NCBI GenBank assembly: GCA_017654855.1
Contig: CM030335.1
Span: forward strand, 558,001 to 622,000
DNA: 64,000 nucleotides
Direction of reading: 5' to 3'
Source: Podospora anserina
Taxonomy: Eukaryota
Shown here piece by piece: positions 13,201 through 25,181 of the stretch (its first letter is position 1; every line of letters begins with the position of its first letter). Both the position numbers and the translations under genes were made by a program. The notes under the pieces are model-generated. The model did not search any database. It saw only the letters and a program-made list of their open reading frames with translations, and was not told the DNA's origin.

Positions 13201-15026
13201 TCAAAAAGTAGTGACCGACACGATGACCTCTGATGACGACTGTGTAGCCTTGCGTATGATTTGTTTGTGGGATATCACCCATGGGTCTCCGTTGGATTTC
13301 AGCTTCCAAGTCAAACCCGTCACCTGGACGACTATCCCCAGGTCAACCTATTCATCTCGGGACAGATCCTTGAAACAGCGTCTAAACAGTCGTGTAAGCT
13401 CTATTCGCCTCGCCCAGCTCAGATTGCAAGCAGACACGGCTAATCATATGCTATTCGAGGGATCTCAGCTCGTCGATCTAGGAATAAGGCACAGAATCCT
13501 GTAGGACCCCGCACCTCAAGGATCATGTAGTCAAGATGGTTGCTAATCTCCCTAGTCTATTCCCCATACTTACACTTTTTAACGCAGCTGGACTCTGCTA
13601 TCTCTGGCACGATGCCGCGGCTTTTCACTTGAGAGATCACTTTGGCTCAGTGTCACGGTTCACTGACAGTAAGAAGGGACCCACGGGGTGGATTACAAGC
13701 ATTAATATCTCGCAGTACGTTAATTCTCCTTGGAGGTTGGCTGTCGTACTCGTGTCACTAATAACAGGGAAAAGCTGGACTCTTCGGTCTCAGGCTGAAG
13801 TGAAGGAAGATCCGTATCGTGAACGTCACCGCCAGCACGGCAACTTCCCACCTGACAACATTGCTGAGCTCGGGGTTGGTATCGACACAAAATACATGGT
13901 CGAAGAGAGATCATCGTCCATAATCTTTACGGGACATCCTTCTGGTCGTCTGTGGGTCTGCTCGATCATCTCACCAACGGTCAAATGGAATTATCTCGAA
14001 AGTCTCATCTCCAATTACACCCAACCACTCCTGGCCAACTTTGTTCATCAGCCATCGACCGCAAGGTGTCTGGTGTTCCTGATGTTCCTAGGACATCTGT
14101 GCGAGACGTTGGCGGATGAGTATGAGAAGCTTCTCTTGCAACTCGATGGCATAATCGAAATCAGGGTGCGTTATTGAGTCAAGCGGGGCTTTTTATGTGG
14201 AATCGGCTGACAAGGATGAACCTGCAGGACCGTACGCTGTTTGAAGGCCCCGAAGACTGGTGGGGAACGGCGGAAGCAATCAACAAGCTCAAAAAGATGC
14301 TCTGGGGTTGGGACGCACTCAGAATCTTTAATGACAAGCTCTCCACCTCTTTGACACAAGTCCAGAGGGCACACGACACCATGGATAATATTATCAAGCA
14401 GGTATGTTCTGACCGCGGTCGCACTCTCGGACCGTAGAGTAATAACATTAGGTCAGGAGACATCGTATCAAGATGCAGAACTTGTCCAAGAGGCGAATAC
14501 TGTCGTGGATGAGTTTCGAAAACGGCATGGCTTGCTTATTGACGTCCACGACAAGACGCAGTTGAAGATCAAACAGGTCACCGGTCTACGCGACGGCATC
14601 TCCACCATCACCAATGTGGTTGACGCCCAAACCGCCTTGGAGGACAACAAGACGACGATACAGCAAGGGAACAACATCAGGACCCTGACCTATATCACGA
14701 TTGGTTATTTACCGCTTGGATTTGTCACGGTAAGCGTTGACAATGCTTCCCAAAGGCCTCACTAACAACACATACAGGGTCTGTATTCTGTACAACATGG
14801 CACCTTCATGAACTCGGCCACAGACTGGCAGTTTGGCGTCATGATTGTTTTGTTCTCCCTTGGCACCTGGATACTCGCGTACGCCCTCGAAAAAGCACTT
14901 GTGCGCGTCGACTGGAACATCATCAGGGGACACTTTGACCTGAATCAACTGCGATGGGCGTTCAAGTGGCCCGCCAAACCCACTCGAGATGGCGGCCAGG
15001 ATCAAGGTCCGTCTGGTCTGGCATGA
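10285..15026 (+). CDS. Very large multi-exon protein with a C-terminal CorA/ZntB-like coiled-coil plus 2-TM domain
   Basis: ORF segments at 10568, 11613, 12656, 13211, 13536, 14505 and 14808 can be joined through GT..AG introns. The C-terminus TTIQQGNNIRTLTYITIGYLPLGFVT-GLYSV..WQFGVMIVLFSLGTWILAY resembles fungal CorA-like tails. Confidence 0.7.
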
Positions 15027-15844
15027 AGCAACGAGATCTCCCAGGGAAACTTCCCGAGTTGGCAGCTGATGGGAGGTTGAGGAAAGGCTCTTTGTCACTG
15101 CACAAACAGGAGTGAAGATCGCAATGCATGGAATGCTGCGCTGCAGCAGGAGAAGCAACCGAGCTTGGTAGCGGCTCCGCCGAAGGGGAACATGCACAAA
15201 AGCACGTGGATCACTGCTTGGCGGGTCTCTCTCCACTCGCACATGAAAGACTTATCCGAAGGCAGGGTTGAAAGTGGGGGACTGGTTCACAACGCTCCGC
15301 CCGAGTGGATGTCAAACAGGGGGGCCGGACCAAACATTCCCGCCCTGATCGACCGAACACATCCAGACTCGGCCAGGCGGCCCACTGCTTGGCCCCTGAA
15401 GCTAGCAAAAACAATGATCGACCTCCCCTGCGGAAACAGCGAGCATATAGCGTGCATGGCGGTTTTATGGGAGTGGAGACGGCAAAAATCACCCTTGGCC
15501 TTTTGCGCGCGCTTTTTCCGCCTTCAAGAGTGCGCCACCGGCCAGCAACCATGTCTTCTCGGTTCCCGCGATCCGACCTCCCTCGCTCGTCAAGTGAACC
15601 ACCAACGTCACCTCACCACCCCCCTTTCGTCCCAGCGTGCCAGCCTGTGAGGGTTGACACGGTACCTCACCCCCTCCTCCCACCAGCTATTAGGCAGGAC
15701 AGGCCAGGGGACATGGGCAAGCTGGTGGCATTTTGACTAAGCGAATCTGAGATTTCCCTCCCCCCTTCTTCGACCGACGACAGATATCCCCATCCTTCAC
15801 CACACTCGTTTCTGTCCTTCGCAGCCAATTTGCACATATACGCC

Positions 15845-17136
15845 ATGACCGATGTACCAAATCGTGGCCCGGTACTGCTGGCCGTTAACACGACGGGTGC
15901 TGTCCTCGCCGGCATCACTTGCCTGCTACGATGCTTTGTTCGAACCAGAGTTGTGAAAGGGTTTGGGCTGGATGACTGGTTGATGGCGGCTTCAACGGTA
16001 CGGACATTCTCTTGGCTCCCCAGACAAAAAAGCAACGAGAGAATCGCTCGGCTAACCCTTGACCATCTTGATTGTGTCACGCATAGGGTGCATACATCGC
16101 TTTCTGCTGCTTTTCCAACGTGGGGGTCACTCATGGCACAGGGAAACACAAGTCGGATGTCGACCCAGAGAATTACAAGATTGCAATGAACCGGTAATGC
16201 GCGAAACTGTCTGGCGTGACAGGATGTTTGTTTGGCTGATTGTTGACTCTCAGATGGTACTACTGCTACCTCCTCTACGCCTGGTCCATGATTCTCGTCA
16301 AGCTCTCCATCGGCTACTTTTTGCTCCGAGTCACCATCACCCGCCTTCACAAATGGATCATTTACGCCGCGGGCGCCATCACGTGCGTCAGCTGCCTGAC
16401 GTTTTTCTTCCTCGCCATGTTCCAGTGCTACCCGATCAGCTTCTTTTGGAACAAGGACCAGGACGGCAGATGCATCAACATGAACATCCTGACGGCGTTG
16501 GGTATCCTCTATTCGATCTTCTCCGTCATCACCGATCTGACGTACGCCCTGCTGCCCGCGTGGGTGGTGGCTCAGCTCAACATGGACAAAAAGTCGAAAG
16601 TGGCGGTGATTGGTCTGATGGGGATGGGATGCGTGGCCAGCGCGGCGGTTATTGTTCGTGGGCCGTATCTTCGACACATGGGGAGTGAGGATTTCTTGTG
16701 GGATACGGCGCCGATTGCGATTTGGTCGTCTGTCGAAGCTGCGCTTGCTATCACGGCTGGGTGCCTTGCTTGTTTGCAGCCTCTCGTCAAGATGATCGGT
16801 GTGAAGCTTGGTCTCGCGGCTTTCACGACGGCCTCCAAATCTGGGGGGCGGGGGAGTAACCTCAAGATGACGGGCGATATCTCGGTGAGGCGATCTTTTA
16901 CCCGACGAACCGATTTGTTTTCGAGCGCCAACTATCGTGAGCAGCAGGCGGCTGGGGAGCTGAAGCTTCAGCCGGGGTTGTCGGGGTACACGGCCAAGTG
17001 CTACGGCAACACGAGCGAGGAGGAGTTGAGGCCGGTGACAAAGGATACGGATGCAACGCTGAGGGGGGATAGGGACAATGAGAGCAAGGAGAGCATGAAT
17101 GGGGTGGTGAAGGCGAGGGAGAGGGAGTCAGTATGA
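15845..17136 (+). CDS. Pth11-like / rhodopsin-domain integral membrane protein
   Basis: LLRCFVRTRVVKGFGLDDWLM, LVKLSIGYFLLRV, QCYPISFFWNK, DLTYALLP, IWSSVEAALAITAGCL; 2 introns; no CFEM domain. Confidence 0.9.
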
Positions 17137-17684
17137 TGATGGCTGGCAATATGTTGGAGAAGCCTCTTTTATGTTTGCATAAAGAAAGTGTGATGACGAC
17201 TTGGATACGGATGGATACCCCCTCACCCCCCAACACACCCCAGAGCACCCCATTTTCTGAGCAATTATTCAGCGTTTCGATGGTCGGTTTTGGTGTTTCT
17301 TTTTTTTTATATTGGGCGGAATATTTGTTGCTTCATCATTGAGCCTTTTTGGGGGGGCGTGATGGAAAGTTCTTTTGTTTGCTTGGAAAAGCAAGGTACA
17401 TGTATAGATTTGGGTACACGCGTAGATATATGCTAGCGATAGGTTTTGATAAAATTTAATTCGAGTTTGAGCGATGAAATGAGATAGACTCTTGATGAAT
17501 GAGTGAATGCTACCTAAATATTCCAGTTCTTTTCTTCCCTTTAGAAATCCCCTCTATGAAGCAGCAGATCCGGACCAAGACTTGTTTTATCCCATCCCCC
17601 ACCTCACGACACAGCCACAGAGCCACCGGGAAAGGGTGAGTTTGGCCGACAAGTCACGGCATGACAGTGGAGGTATGAATGGAA

Positions 17685-18308
17685 CTACCACTTGGTGGTA
17701 ACAACCCTTCTGGTGGTGACGGCTGGCACGCTGGTGGCAATCCAGGTGGTTGTCACTCCGGGGATGCTGGTAGCAGTCCACGTCACGGTCACGCCCGGAG
17801 CAGACAACGTGCTGGCTGCCACTGTACCGCCCGGAACGGATAGGGTGCTCCCCACAGAGGTGGGGATTCCGGGAGCGCTCGCCGTGACTGTTCCGGGGAC
17901 ACCGGGAACTGCACATGCGGAGGTGCCAGGAACAACAGAAGTTGCAGTCACCGTGCCGGGGACACTGGTCGCGATCCTAGTGGCGGTTACGGTGCCGGGA
18001 GCGCTGGTAGCTGTGACAGTGCCCGGAACACTGGTGGCGACTCTAGTGGCGGTCACGGTGCCGGGAACGCTGGTGGTGACCCTCGTGGCGGTCACGGTGC
18101 CGGCAGCGCTGGTAGCTGTGACGGTGCCGCGGACACTGGTGGCGCCCCTAGTGGCTGTCACGGTGCCGGGGGTACCAGGAAAGCCGACAGGAGTGCTGGT
18201 TGCGATGGGGAGGTTGATGGGGAAGCCGGTACTGATGCCGATGGGGATGGCAGCTGCCGTTGCGGTCGAGGCGAGGCTTGCGAGGGTTGAGATGGTGGAG
18301 AGCTTCAT
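17685..18308 (-). CDS. Secreted Thr/Val/Pro-rich repeat protein
   Basis: Signal peptide MKLSTISTLASLASTATAAAIP followed by about 10 imperfect (V/A)PGTVTAT(R)(V)ATS repeats, which are also visible as DNA repeats. Confidence 0.75.
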   Translation of the reverse strand: MKLSTISTLASLASTATAAAIPIGISTGFPINLPIATSTPVGFPGTPGTVTATRGATSVRGTVTATSAAGTVTATRVTTSVPGTVTATRVATSVPGTVTATSAPGTVTATRIATSVPGTVTATSVVPGTSACAVPGVPGTVTASAPGIPTSVGSTLSVPGGTVAASTLSAPGVTVTWTATSIPGVTTTWIATSVPAVTTRRVVTTKW

Positions 18309-18344
18309 TGTCAGGGTAGTATGGAGGGCTTGTTGATATGAAGA

Positions 18345-18375
18345 TGTGATGATGATGATGATGATGATGATGATG
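18345..18375. repeat. (GAT)n microsatellite
   Basis: gatgatgat... run just upstream of the Thr-rich gene's start codon. Confidence 0.9.
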
Positions 18376-19181
18376 GTGAGGATGCTGTTTACTTTTGATT
18401 CGGGAGGGAATGATGACTTTATAGTACTTCACTTGACGAGAATAACCCCCTTCCGTCTTTCCTTGAATCACATCATATCACCTACCTAGGTACCTAACCA
18501 GCAACGAAGTCATATCGCCAAGTATCTCGCTGCACCTAAGATCCCTGAACAGCATATCATACCGCCGAACGTATAAACCCCGAACATGCTTACACTGAGG
18601 AGCCTGAAACAAAACAACATGGGAGGTGATTGGATAATTGAAGATGGTGCATCTGTCCGCGTCGCTATACGAGCCAAAAGGATCTTACCCTACCAAGTTT
18701 CTGTAAGGCAGATGGCTAGAGAAAAGCAATATCGTTGAAAGAGATGCATGTCGAGTAGTTGATATTTGCTCACAAGGGACGCGTGGTGTGCAGATACGAG
18801 GGTGCATTGGGAGAAGGCAGGAATATGTCTGGAAGGAGGATCGAGTGATTCGTCACCACTACAGGGGTGAGCTTATGGGTGCAGCAAGGCCAAGGCGGCT
18901 GTGGGCAGGGGAAGGGGAAAACATGGAGATGTCAGCCCTACCGAGTATATGAGAACTTTTGTTCAAGAAAGACACGGCTATAAGGTACAAGAACGTCGTG
19001 CTGGCATTCGGCGACGGAGATATTCACAAAAGTTCAAAGAGGGGTTGAAGCCGAGAGGGATAGGAACTTGAATACAGCTAATAACAAAGATCTTGAATGC
19101 ACATCATCAACTCCTCATCAGTGCCAGTCAAAGCACAGCATCTGTCCGTGAGAATAACATCCAGAGCCCTTCCAATGCCTC

Positions 19182-19684
19182 CTAGGCACCAGCCTTACCC
19201 TTGCCCTCCTCCTTCAACTCCCGAATCCTCCTATGCACCTCCACAAAAACCAACCCATCCAAAATCTCCGTCACCTCCGTAACCTTCTCCCCGTTCTCAT
19301 TAAACTTCACAAACCACGAGACATCCAGCTTTACCTCCTCGTTCTCCCCATTCGCCAGGTGCAAATTGTCAACGTACACCGTCGTCGCGGCCCAGTCATT
19401 GTCTCTGCGTCGACAACCAAATGCGTGATATCTACCGATTTGGTCCGGATGAACCGGGATTCACTCGCGTATTGAGCCTCCCATGTCGCCACGTCAAAGG
19501 TAAAGTCTGGCGGTGCGCCTATGCTAGCGAGGAAAGATGCGGGGGCGATGTAGCGGAGGCAGTCGGGGGAGAGGACGGAAGAGAGGAGGGAGGGGTTTTT
19601 CTGGGTTGTTGCTTCGATGGGGCCGTGGAGGAAGGTTTTGAGGGTGAGGCGGAGGGTTTGGTGGAGGTTGGGGGTTGTTGCCAT
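19182..19684 (-). pseudogene. SnoaL/NTF2-like (AusJ/Trt14-type) protein with a 1-bp frameshift
   Basis: ORFs 19331-19684 and 19182-19379 join into ...LVVDAETMTGAATTVYVDNLHL...KFNENGEKVTEVTEILD if one G is restored in actgggccg near 19390. There is no room for an intron. Confidence 0.6.
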
Positions 19685-20018
19685 TGTGGTGGATTGGGGG
19701 GTGTTTATGGTGTCAACAAGGAAGAATGGCGGGCAAGGTCAACAAAGATCTGCTTTTACGGGAAATGTTGAGTTATATCATGCTCTTACCCCTCTTTTGA
19801 GGGTGAAAAGTGTCAACGTTCATGACGTGCCATAGGTGCATGATGCTGTTGGTTGTTGGTGGTAGTTTGAATCTTACTGCCCTTTTGGGTGTGTGTGTGT
19901 CTTGGTGGAGTTGACAGAAGGGATGTGATTATTGTTAAGTATTTACAAATCAAGGCACCTTGCTAAGTAACTATAGACATACTTTGTTTCCTTCCCGACA
20001 GATAAACCGACACATAAA

Positions 20019-21311
20019 CTACACAGTAATAGCCTTGGGATACATCCTCGTGCAGCTCAACCCAGTGTCGGACCCATCCCCACTCGACAGGAACACCTGA
20101 TTGTTGCCACACAACAAAATATTCTTCCTGCCGCCCACATCAAGCGTGAGCTCGCCAGTCGCCGTGCTAACACACCCCTTCACCCTGATATAATTGGCAG
20201 GACTATACTCGGCACCCGTCCTCGCCTGAAGCCGAACAGACGCAACGTTCCCTGGGCTCACCCAAGCACTGACCTTGTAGGTAGACTGCCCAACAAGGTA
20301 AAGAGTTGCCAGGTACCCCTCCTCGTCCAAGACCCATTTGTACATCTTGTAGACGTCGATGACAGGCTCGACTGGCGCTGATGCCCAATCCATACTGCCG
20401 TACAAGCCGGCCATGCCGTTGTTCAGCTGGGAAAAGAGGTAGCGCTGGCTGTTGGCGGAATCAGTCGCGACGGCGTTGAAGTTGGCGACGTTACTGCATC
20501 TTTCTGCTGGGGCGACCACGGTGGAGGTGATGGTTGATGTAACGGTGGTTGTTGAACCTATGACCAAGACGTTGCCTGTTATCGTAGTCACGGCGGTGGC
20601 AGTGACCGAGGCCGTTTCAGTCTGGGTATTGTATTCTGTGGCAGTTACTACGTCGATGACCGTGGTGGTGGTGGAAAGAGTAACGGGAATCGGGATCGTT
20701 GTGGCAGCCACGCTGTCGGTGAAGGTGACGGTCACTGTGGCGGCCGAGGGTGAAACGGTAATAGTCTCCTGGGCGGCTCCTGCGCACTTGCAGACCGAAA
20801 TATACTTCTCCCATGATGGACAATGTGCTGAGGCGTAGCTTGGAATGGATGGCGCCAGGGTGCCACTCGTGGGTGCCAGGTCGGTATCGGCGGCGCGCGC
20901 CACGATTTGAGTCGCAGCACTCGGCAGGACTGTCGTGGTGGATGTGACCAAGACTGTAACGGTGTTATATGCGCGGGTAACGTAGACCAGGGAGCGCTGA
21001 GTCGTCGTGCCAGTCACCGTGGTGCTGATGGTGTTGAGCAATGTTTCGGTCTCGACAGTCGAATAAACTGTTGCCGTCGTGGCATCTGTCTCGACCACGC
21101 TGACATACTCGGTCGGAACTTCCGTCACAGTCTCGGTAGCAGTGGTGACTTGGGGCGTGACTGTTACTATCTCGAGAGCCAATGAGCAATCCTGTAGGCC
21201 ATCAACCAGGGGATCAGCGACGGCCTTGAAGCATTTGTTTGTGCGGCAGCAGGCGGCAGATGCCAGTTGAAGTAACCCAAAGGCCGAAGCGAACGCAAGT
21301 CCCTGCTTCAT
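20019..21311 (-). CDS. Secreted Thr-rich (mucin-like) protein with Cys-containing N- and C-terminal domains
   Basis: 430-aa single-exon ORF; signal peptide, ACCRTNKC, long T/V-rich stalk, IPSYASAHCPSWEKYISVCKC motif. Confidence 0.85.
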   Translation of the reverse strand: MKQGLAFASAFGLLQLASAACCRTNKCFKAVADPLVDGLQDCSLALEIVTVTPQVTTATETVTEVPTEYVSVVETDATTATVYSTVETETLLNTISTTVTGTTTQRSLVYVTRAYNTVTVLVTSTTTVLPSAATQIVARAADTDLAPTSGTLAPSIPSYASAHCPSWEKYISVCKCAGAAQETITVSPSAATVTVTFTDSVAATTIPIPVTLSTTTTVIDVVTATEYNTQTETASVTATAVTTITGNVLVIGSTTTVTSTITSTVVAPAERCSNVANFNAVATDSANSQRYLFSQLNNGMAGLYGSMDWASAPVEPVIDVYKMYKWVLDEEGYLATLYLVGQSTYKVSAWVSPGNVASVRLQARTGAEYSPANYIRVKGCVSTATGELTLDVGGRKNILLCGNNQVFLSSGDGSDTGLSCTRMYPKAITV

Positions 21312-22448
21312 CGTTTACGATAATGATGATGGGACGAAAAGAGTGACTAAAGTGAGTGTGGCAAAAGACAACAATAACCTTCGGCCAGCCCGCAACCGGG
21401 GCATTTTGCTTTTCAATGTTCCTACCATGATTCTAGATCTCCTTGGCGCTGTCAATGGTCTGAACTGTTTGGATTTGTGTGGAAATTGCGCATTGATATG
21501 GTCATGTCTGATTGGCCCCCTTTCCTCAGCTGAACTCCATGCTGCCGCATCCTTTGAGCCGCAACCCGAAATATGCTCGATGATCTGCTAGCGTCCAGCT
21601 GAGGTCCGAGAATCCTTGTCATCTCAGGATACCTAACCCATCATCGTGAATCATAGATGTCAGCTGAGTTGTTGTGAAGCGTGCCAGCAGAACTGTGAGA
21701 AAAGTGATGGTATTGTACGGCACTGGAAAATCGGCTCCGGAGAGCAGAAATCTATCTATATCAACAGCTAACCTGTGACCCACAGGGCAGAAGCCCTAGG
21801 AGCAACCTGCCTGAAATATCACAGTTGTCCTCCGAGGAATACTGACATGACATCACAAGAAATCCCCATGAGCCCTACCCGTACAATATGCGTTTATAGA
21901 TATGACCGAGATGGAGGAGAAAAGTTGGTGTGGTGATGATAAGAAGAGATGCATGACTTTCACCGGATGGAAGGAAAGCTTCAGCAATTAAGATAAACCA
22001 CCAGTCAGCATGAATATGGGATCGAAGACCTGCGTTTGTCAACAGTCATTTCTTATATACCTATTTAACCTTTCCCTTCTAGAAAAGGAGCAGCAGATGA
22101 AAACAATCATCACATATTCGCACGAAACAACAGTATATCATGGGCACAGGGACTAGTGAAACGGTTCATCTTGAGTAATACCTGAGTGTATTCGATATCG
22201 GTCGAATCTCAAGCACAGCAGGAAACCGCCCTCCCTCTGGATTTGTATTTTCCAAGGCCTTAACTACGAGCCAAAACTTTACAATAAATGAGAGCCCTAT
22301 TCTTTCTTTCAGTCAAGCTAGAATATATGTGGCCGGATGACTCGCGTCTCCCTACAACATGCCTCATGAGAAGAAAGCTTGCTAGGGCATGTTCCTCAGC
22401 CAAAAGACCAGCATGATGACGCATGGAACCTTGACATCACAGTCTCCG

Positions 22449-22644
22449 TGTGATTGCTCCCAGTTCACCTGGTCCCACCTTTTCTGTCAGGTCCACATGT
22501 TGGTTGCTCTGGATTGGGGTTTTGTTGCGTATATCACACACTTTGTAGTTTTCTTTTCTCTCTCTGTTAAATTTCACCATTATCACTTTTCTCACCACCT
22601 TTTGCCTCACTTTGCGCGCCAGTGATCACTTTCACTGTCCCAAC
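22449..22644 (+). repeat. Diverged solo-LTR-like relic
   Basis: Starts with TGTG; shares the exact 16-mer CTGGTCCCACCTTTTC and other colinear blocks with 36728-36910. TTTGCCTCACTTTGCGCGCCAGTGA resembles TTAGCCTCATTTTCGCAGCCAGTGA of the copia LTR. Confidence 0.5.
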
Positions 22645-23632
22645 CCCCGCCTGTTCGCTAACCGACCTGGACACTGAGGACGTTTGGAGATGCGACCAGC
22701 TCGCCAACACTGGAAAACGGGTTGCCTAAGATACTATCTACTTGGCGAACGCCGACGTGTTCGTTTTGGCCTTGATTTGACTCAACCGTGGCTTCATGGA
22801 TTGTCCGATAAGGTCCGTTAATCGGCGTGAGAGTCACGCTACCCCGTCACGGCCTTTGCCGGCTTGCATACAATGGAGCCAATATGACTTTTGGATCGCG
22901 AGCAGTTTGGCCCCCGCGCAGCTAGCCTCAATCAATTTGTCAAGGCTTCACAGATCCGTATCTCCGAGTCCATTAACATTGACGGCGGTGAGTTGCAAAG
23001 GTTGAAGCTGAATAGGGGATCTGTTCGGTTATGCAAGAAACCTGTTTGCATGTCGCATTCCGGAGGTGTAGGTAAGCCCTACGAGCCGTCTCAACACGAG
23101 CCTTTCCCGTGTTGTGTAGGCGAACCGGAGGATGTCAGCAGAGTGTCGTCGCGATGCGACGTGGACGCATGTGTCCTATGCTTGTCTCTACATGAAAAGC
23201 TTGGTTATCACGAGCCTGCATGCTAGGCATCAGGAAAATTGTACAAGAAACTTCTAGCATGAGACTTGGCACAGGAACGGTGCCGAGTGCGCCCAATGAT
23301 AGCTGCTGCCATGCTCACTACAATCCTGGAAAGTGGGTTTAGAAGTGTCGATAGTTCGTTTCGCTTACACGTTGTATCCCCGTCGGCATATTGCTGGGCA
23401 AGAGCCACGGCATCCGCCTTGGCGGACGTGGACAGATGTGAACAAGGCTGAAGATATCATTAACTGTCGTCGTGAATAGAGAAAGAGAGAGAAAAAAAGG
23501 TATAAAGGGGAGGCCATCGACCCTCAACCATCTGGATTCTCTCCTCACCCCCACCAGCATCCTCATCTCCATCCTCACCAGCATCATCAACTTCACTTCC
23601 ACCTTCAAATCTTCTTCCCTTCAACCCTCAAG

Positions 23633-24253
23633 ATGAAGTTCACTCTCTCCACCGCCATCCTCACCGGGCTCGCCACCCTGGTCTCGGCCCAGTCCCCTCA
23701 AATGCCCGGCCTCGCCCCCAACTGCAACCGCTACCACTACGTCCAAAGCGGCGACACCTGCGCCGTCATCGCCGCCGCCAACGGCATCTCGGTCGCCCAG
23801 TTCCTCTCCTGGAACTCCGAAGTCAACGCGGGCTGCACCAACCTCTGGCTCAACTACTTTGTCTGCACCGGCGTCTCCTCGAGCGGCGGCACCACCACCG
23901 CCACCGTGACCAGCACCGCTGACAACGGCGGCACAACAACAACCAACACTGTCACGAGCACCAATGACAATGGCGGCACAACAACAACCGCTACTGTTAC
24001 CAGCACCGCTGGGAACGGCGGCACCACCACCACCTCTGGTGGCCCTACCAGCACCCCTACCAACACCTCCCCTCAGATGCCCGGGTTGCCTTCTACCTGC
24101 TGGTTGTTCCACACTGTTGAGACCGGGGATACTTGCGAGATTATTGCTGCCAGCTATGGGGTCACGCTTGCGCAGTTTTATGCTTGGAATCCCGAGATCA
24201 ACTCTACTTGCACCAACTTGTGGTTGGGATTTGCTGTTTGCGTTGGGGCGTAA
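23633..24253 (+). CDS. Secreted LysM-domain protein (2 LysM domains, Thr-rich repeat linker)
   Basis: Signal peptide; CNRYHYVQSGDTC..ISVAQFLSWNSEVNAGCTNLWLNYFVC and CWLFHTVETGDTC..FYAWNPEINSTCTNLWLGFAVCVG. Confidence 0.95.
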   Translation: MKFTLSTAILTGLATLVSAQSPQMPGLAPNCNRYHYVQSGDTCAVIAAANGISVAQFLSWNSEVNAGCTNLWLNYFVCTGVSSSGGTTTATVTSTADNGGTTTTNTVTSTNDNGGTTTTATVTSTAGNGGTTTTSGGPTSTPTNTSPQMPGLPSTCWLFHTVETGDTCEIIAASYGVTLAQFYAWNPEINSTCTNLWLGFAVCVGA

Positions 24254-24808
24254 GGAGAAGACCGAGCGGGACGGCTTTAGAGTCAGGGGATAGTCTTTAC
24301 TGCTAGCTTGGGGAGTGTAGATAGCCAAATGGAATGTCAATGTTTGGTGAACCAACGGTCCGGGTTACCATGACAACTTGTGATTATCATGTGAAATGCA
24401 TAGTCCAGATTGCATAAACTGTGGTGCACTGTAACATCAATAAGGTATGGAAAAGGTTCCGTGGAAATCATAATGTCAAGCTAGATGGGTACCTGATCTG
24501 TACAACACCTATTTATCTCATGTGCTTTTCATACTTTTGTGGGCAGGGCTGTTGGCAAGCTTTCAATCCGGCACCAAGAACAAGTGACAAGGACTCACCT
24601 CGCGGGACTGGATCTCAAACATTCATAACATCACATCACATCTGTGCAGGAACCTCAATGTCACAAAAAGAGAGCAAAAGTTGAACATCACGATAGTCAA
24701 TTTATCCCACAGTCGACAAGGTGGTAGCAAAGATCCTCCTCTATATCATCCATCTGCAGTACATTTGGCCTATCACGTCCTTCCATCATCCCTCACATGC
24801 AGCTACAT

Positions 24809-25181
24809 TTAGCAGTTGAGAACAGCGTTGCCGCAGCCAGTGACGACCTTGTTGACACCAGCAGAGGAGACGGCCTTGCGGGCGCTGCCGCAGTAGCGGC
24901 CCTGAGAGGTGGAGCCCTTGCAGAAGTTCACGCTGGGGCATCATTTGTGTTAGCACAGGGGAAGCTGAGCTGGTCTTGTTGGAGGGGGGTTCGTCTCACC
25001 AGCAGCCATCACCGAGCTTGGACTCCCAGATCCAGGACTTGACAGTGAAGCCGACGTTGCGGGAGCCGGCGGTGGAGTAGCTCTTCTGGGTGCCCTGGTA
25101 GTTGTCGGCGCTGTAGACGGAGAGGGTGTAGGCGGAGGAGGTGCCAGCGAGGGCGGCGACGAGGAGGGTGGAGAGCTGCAT
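24809..25181 (-). CDS. Small secreted Cys-rich protein (about 100 aa, 1 intron)
   Basis: MQLSTLLVAALAGTSSAYTLSVYSADNYQGTQKSY..KSWIWESKLGDGCC / VNFCKGSTSQGRYCGSARKAVSSAGVNKVVTGCGNAVLNC*; intron GTGAGA..CTAAC..CAG; strong codon bias. Confidence 0.85.

Noticed and set aside
22700-23450. Possible pseudogene fragment upstream of the LysM gene
   Set aside because: Short ORFs in several frames with no recognisable family.
15667-24355. Long antisense ORFs (15667-16677, 17692-18336, 23621-24355; similarly 61962-62747)
   Set aside because: They are shadows of GC3-biased genes on the opposite strand.
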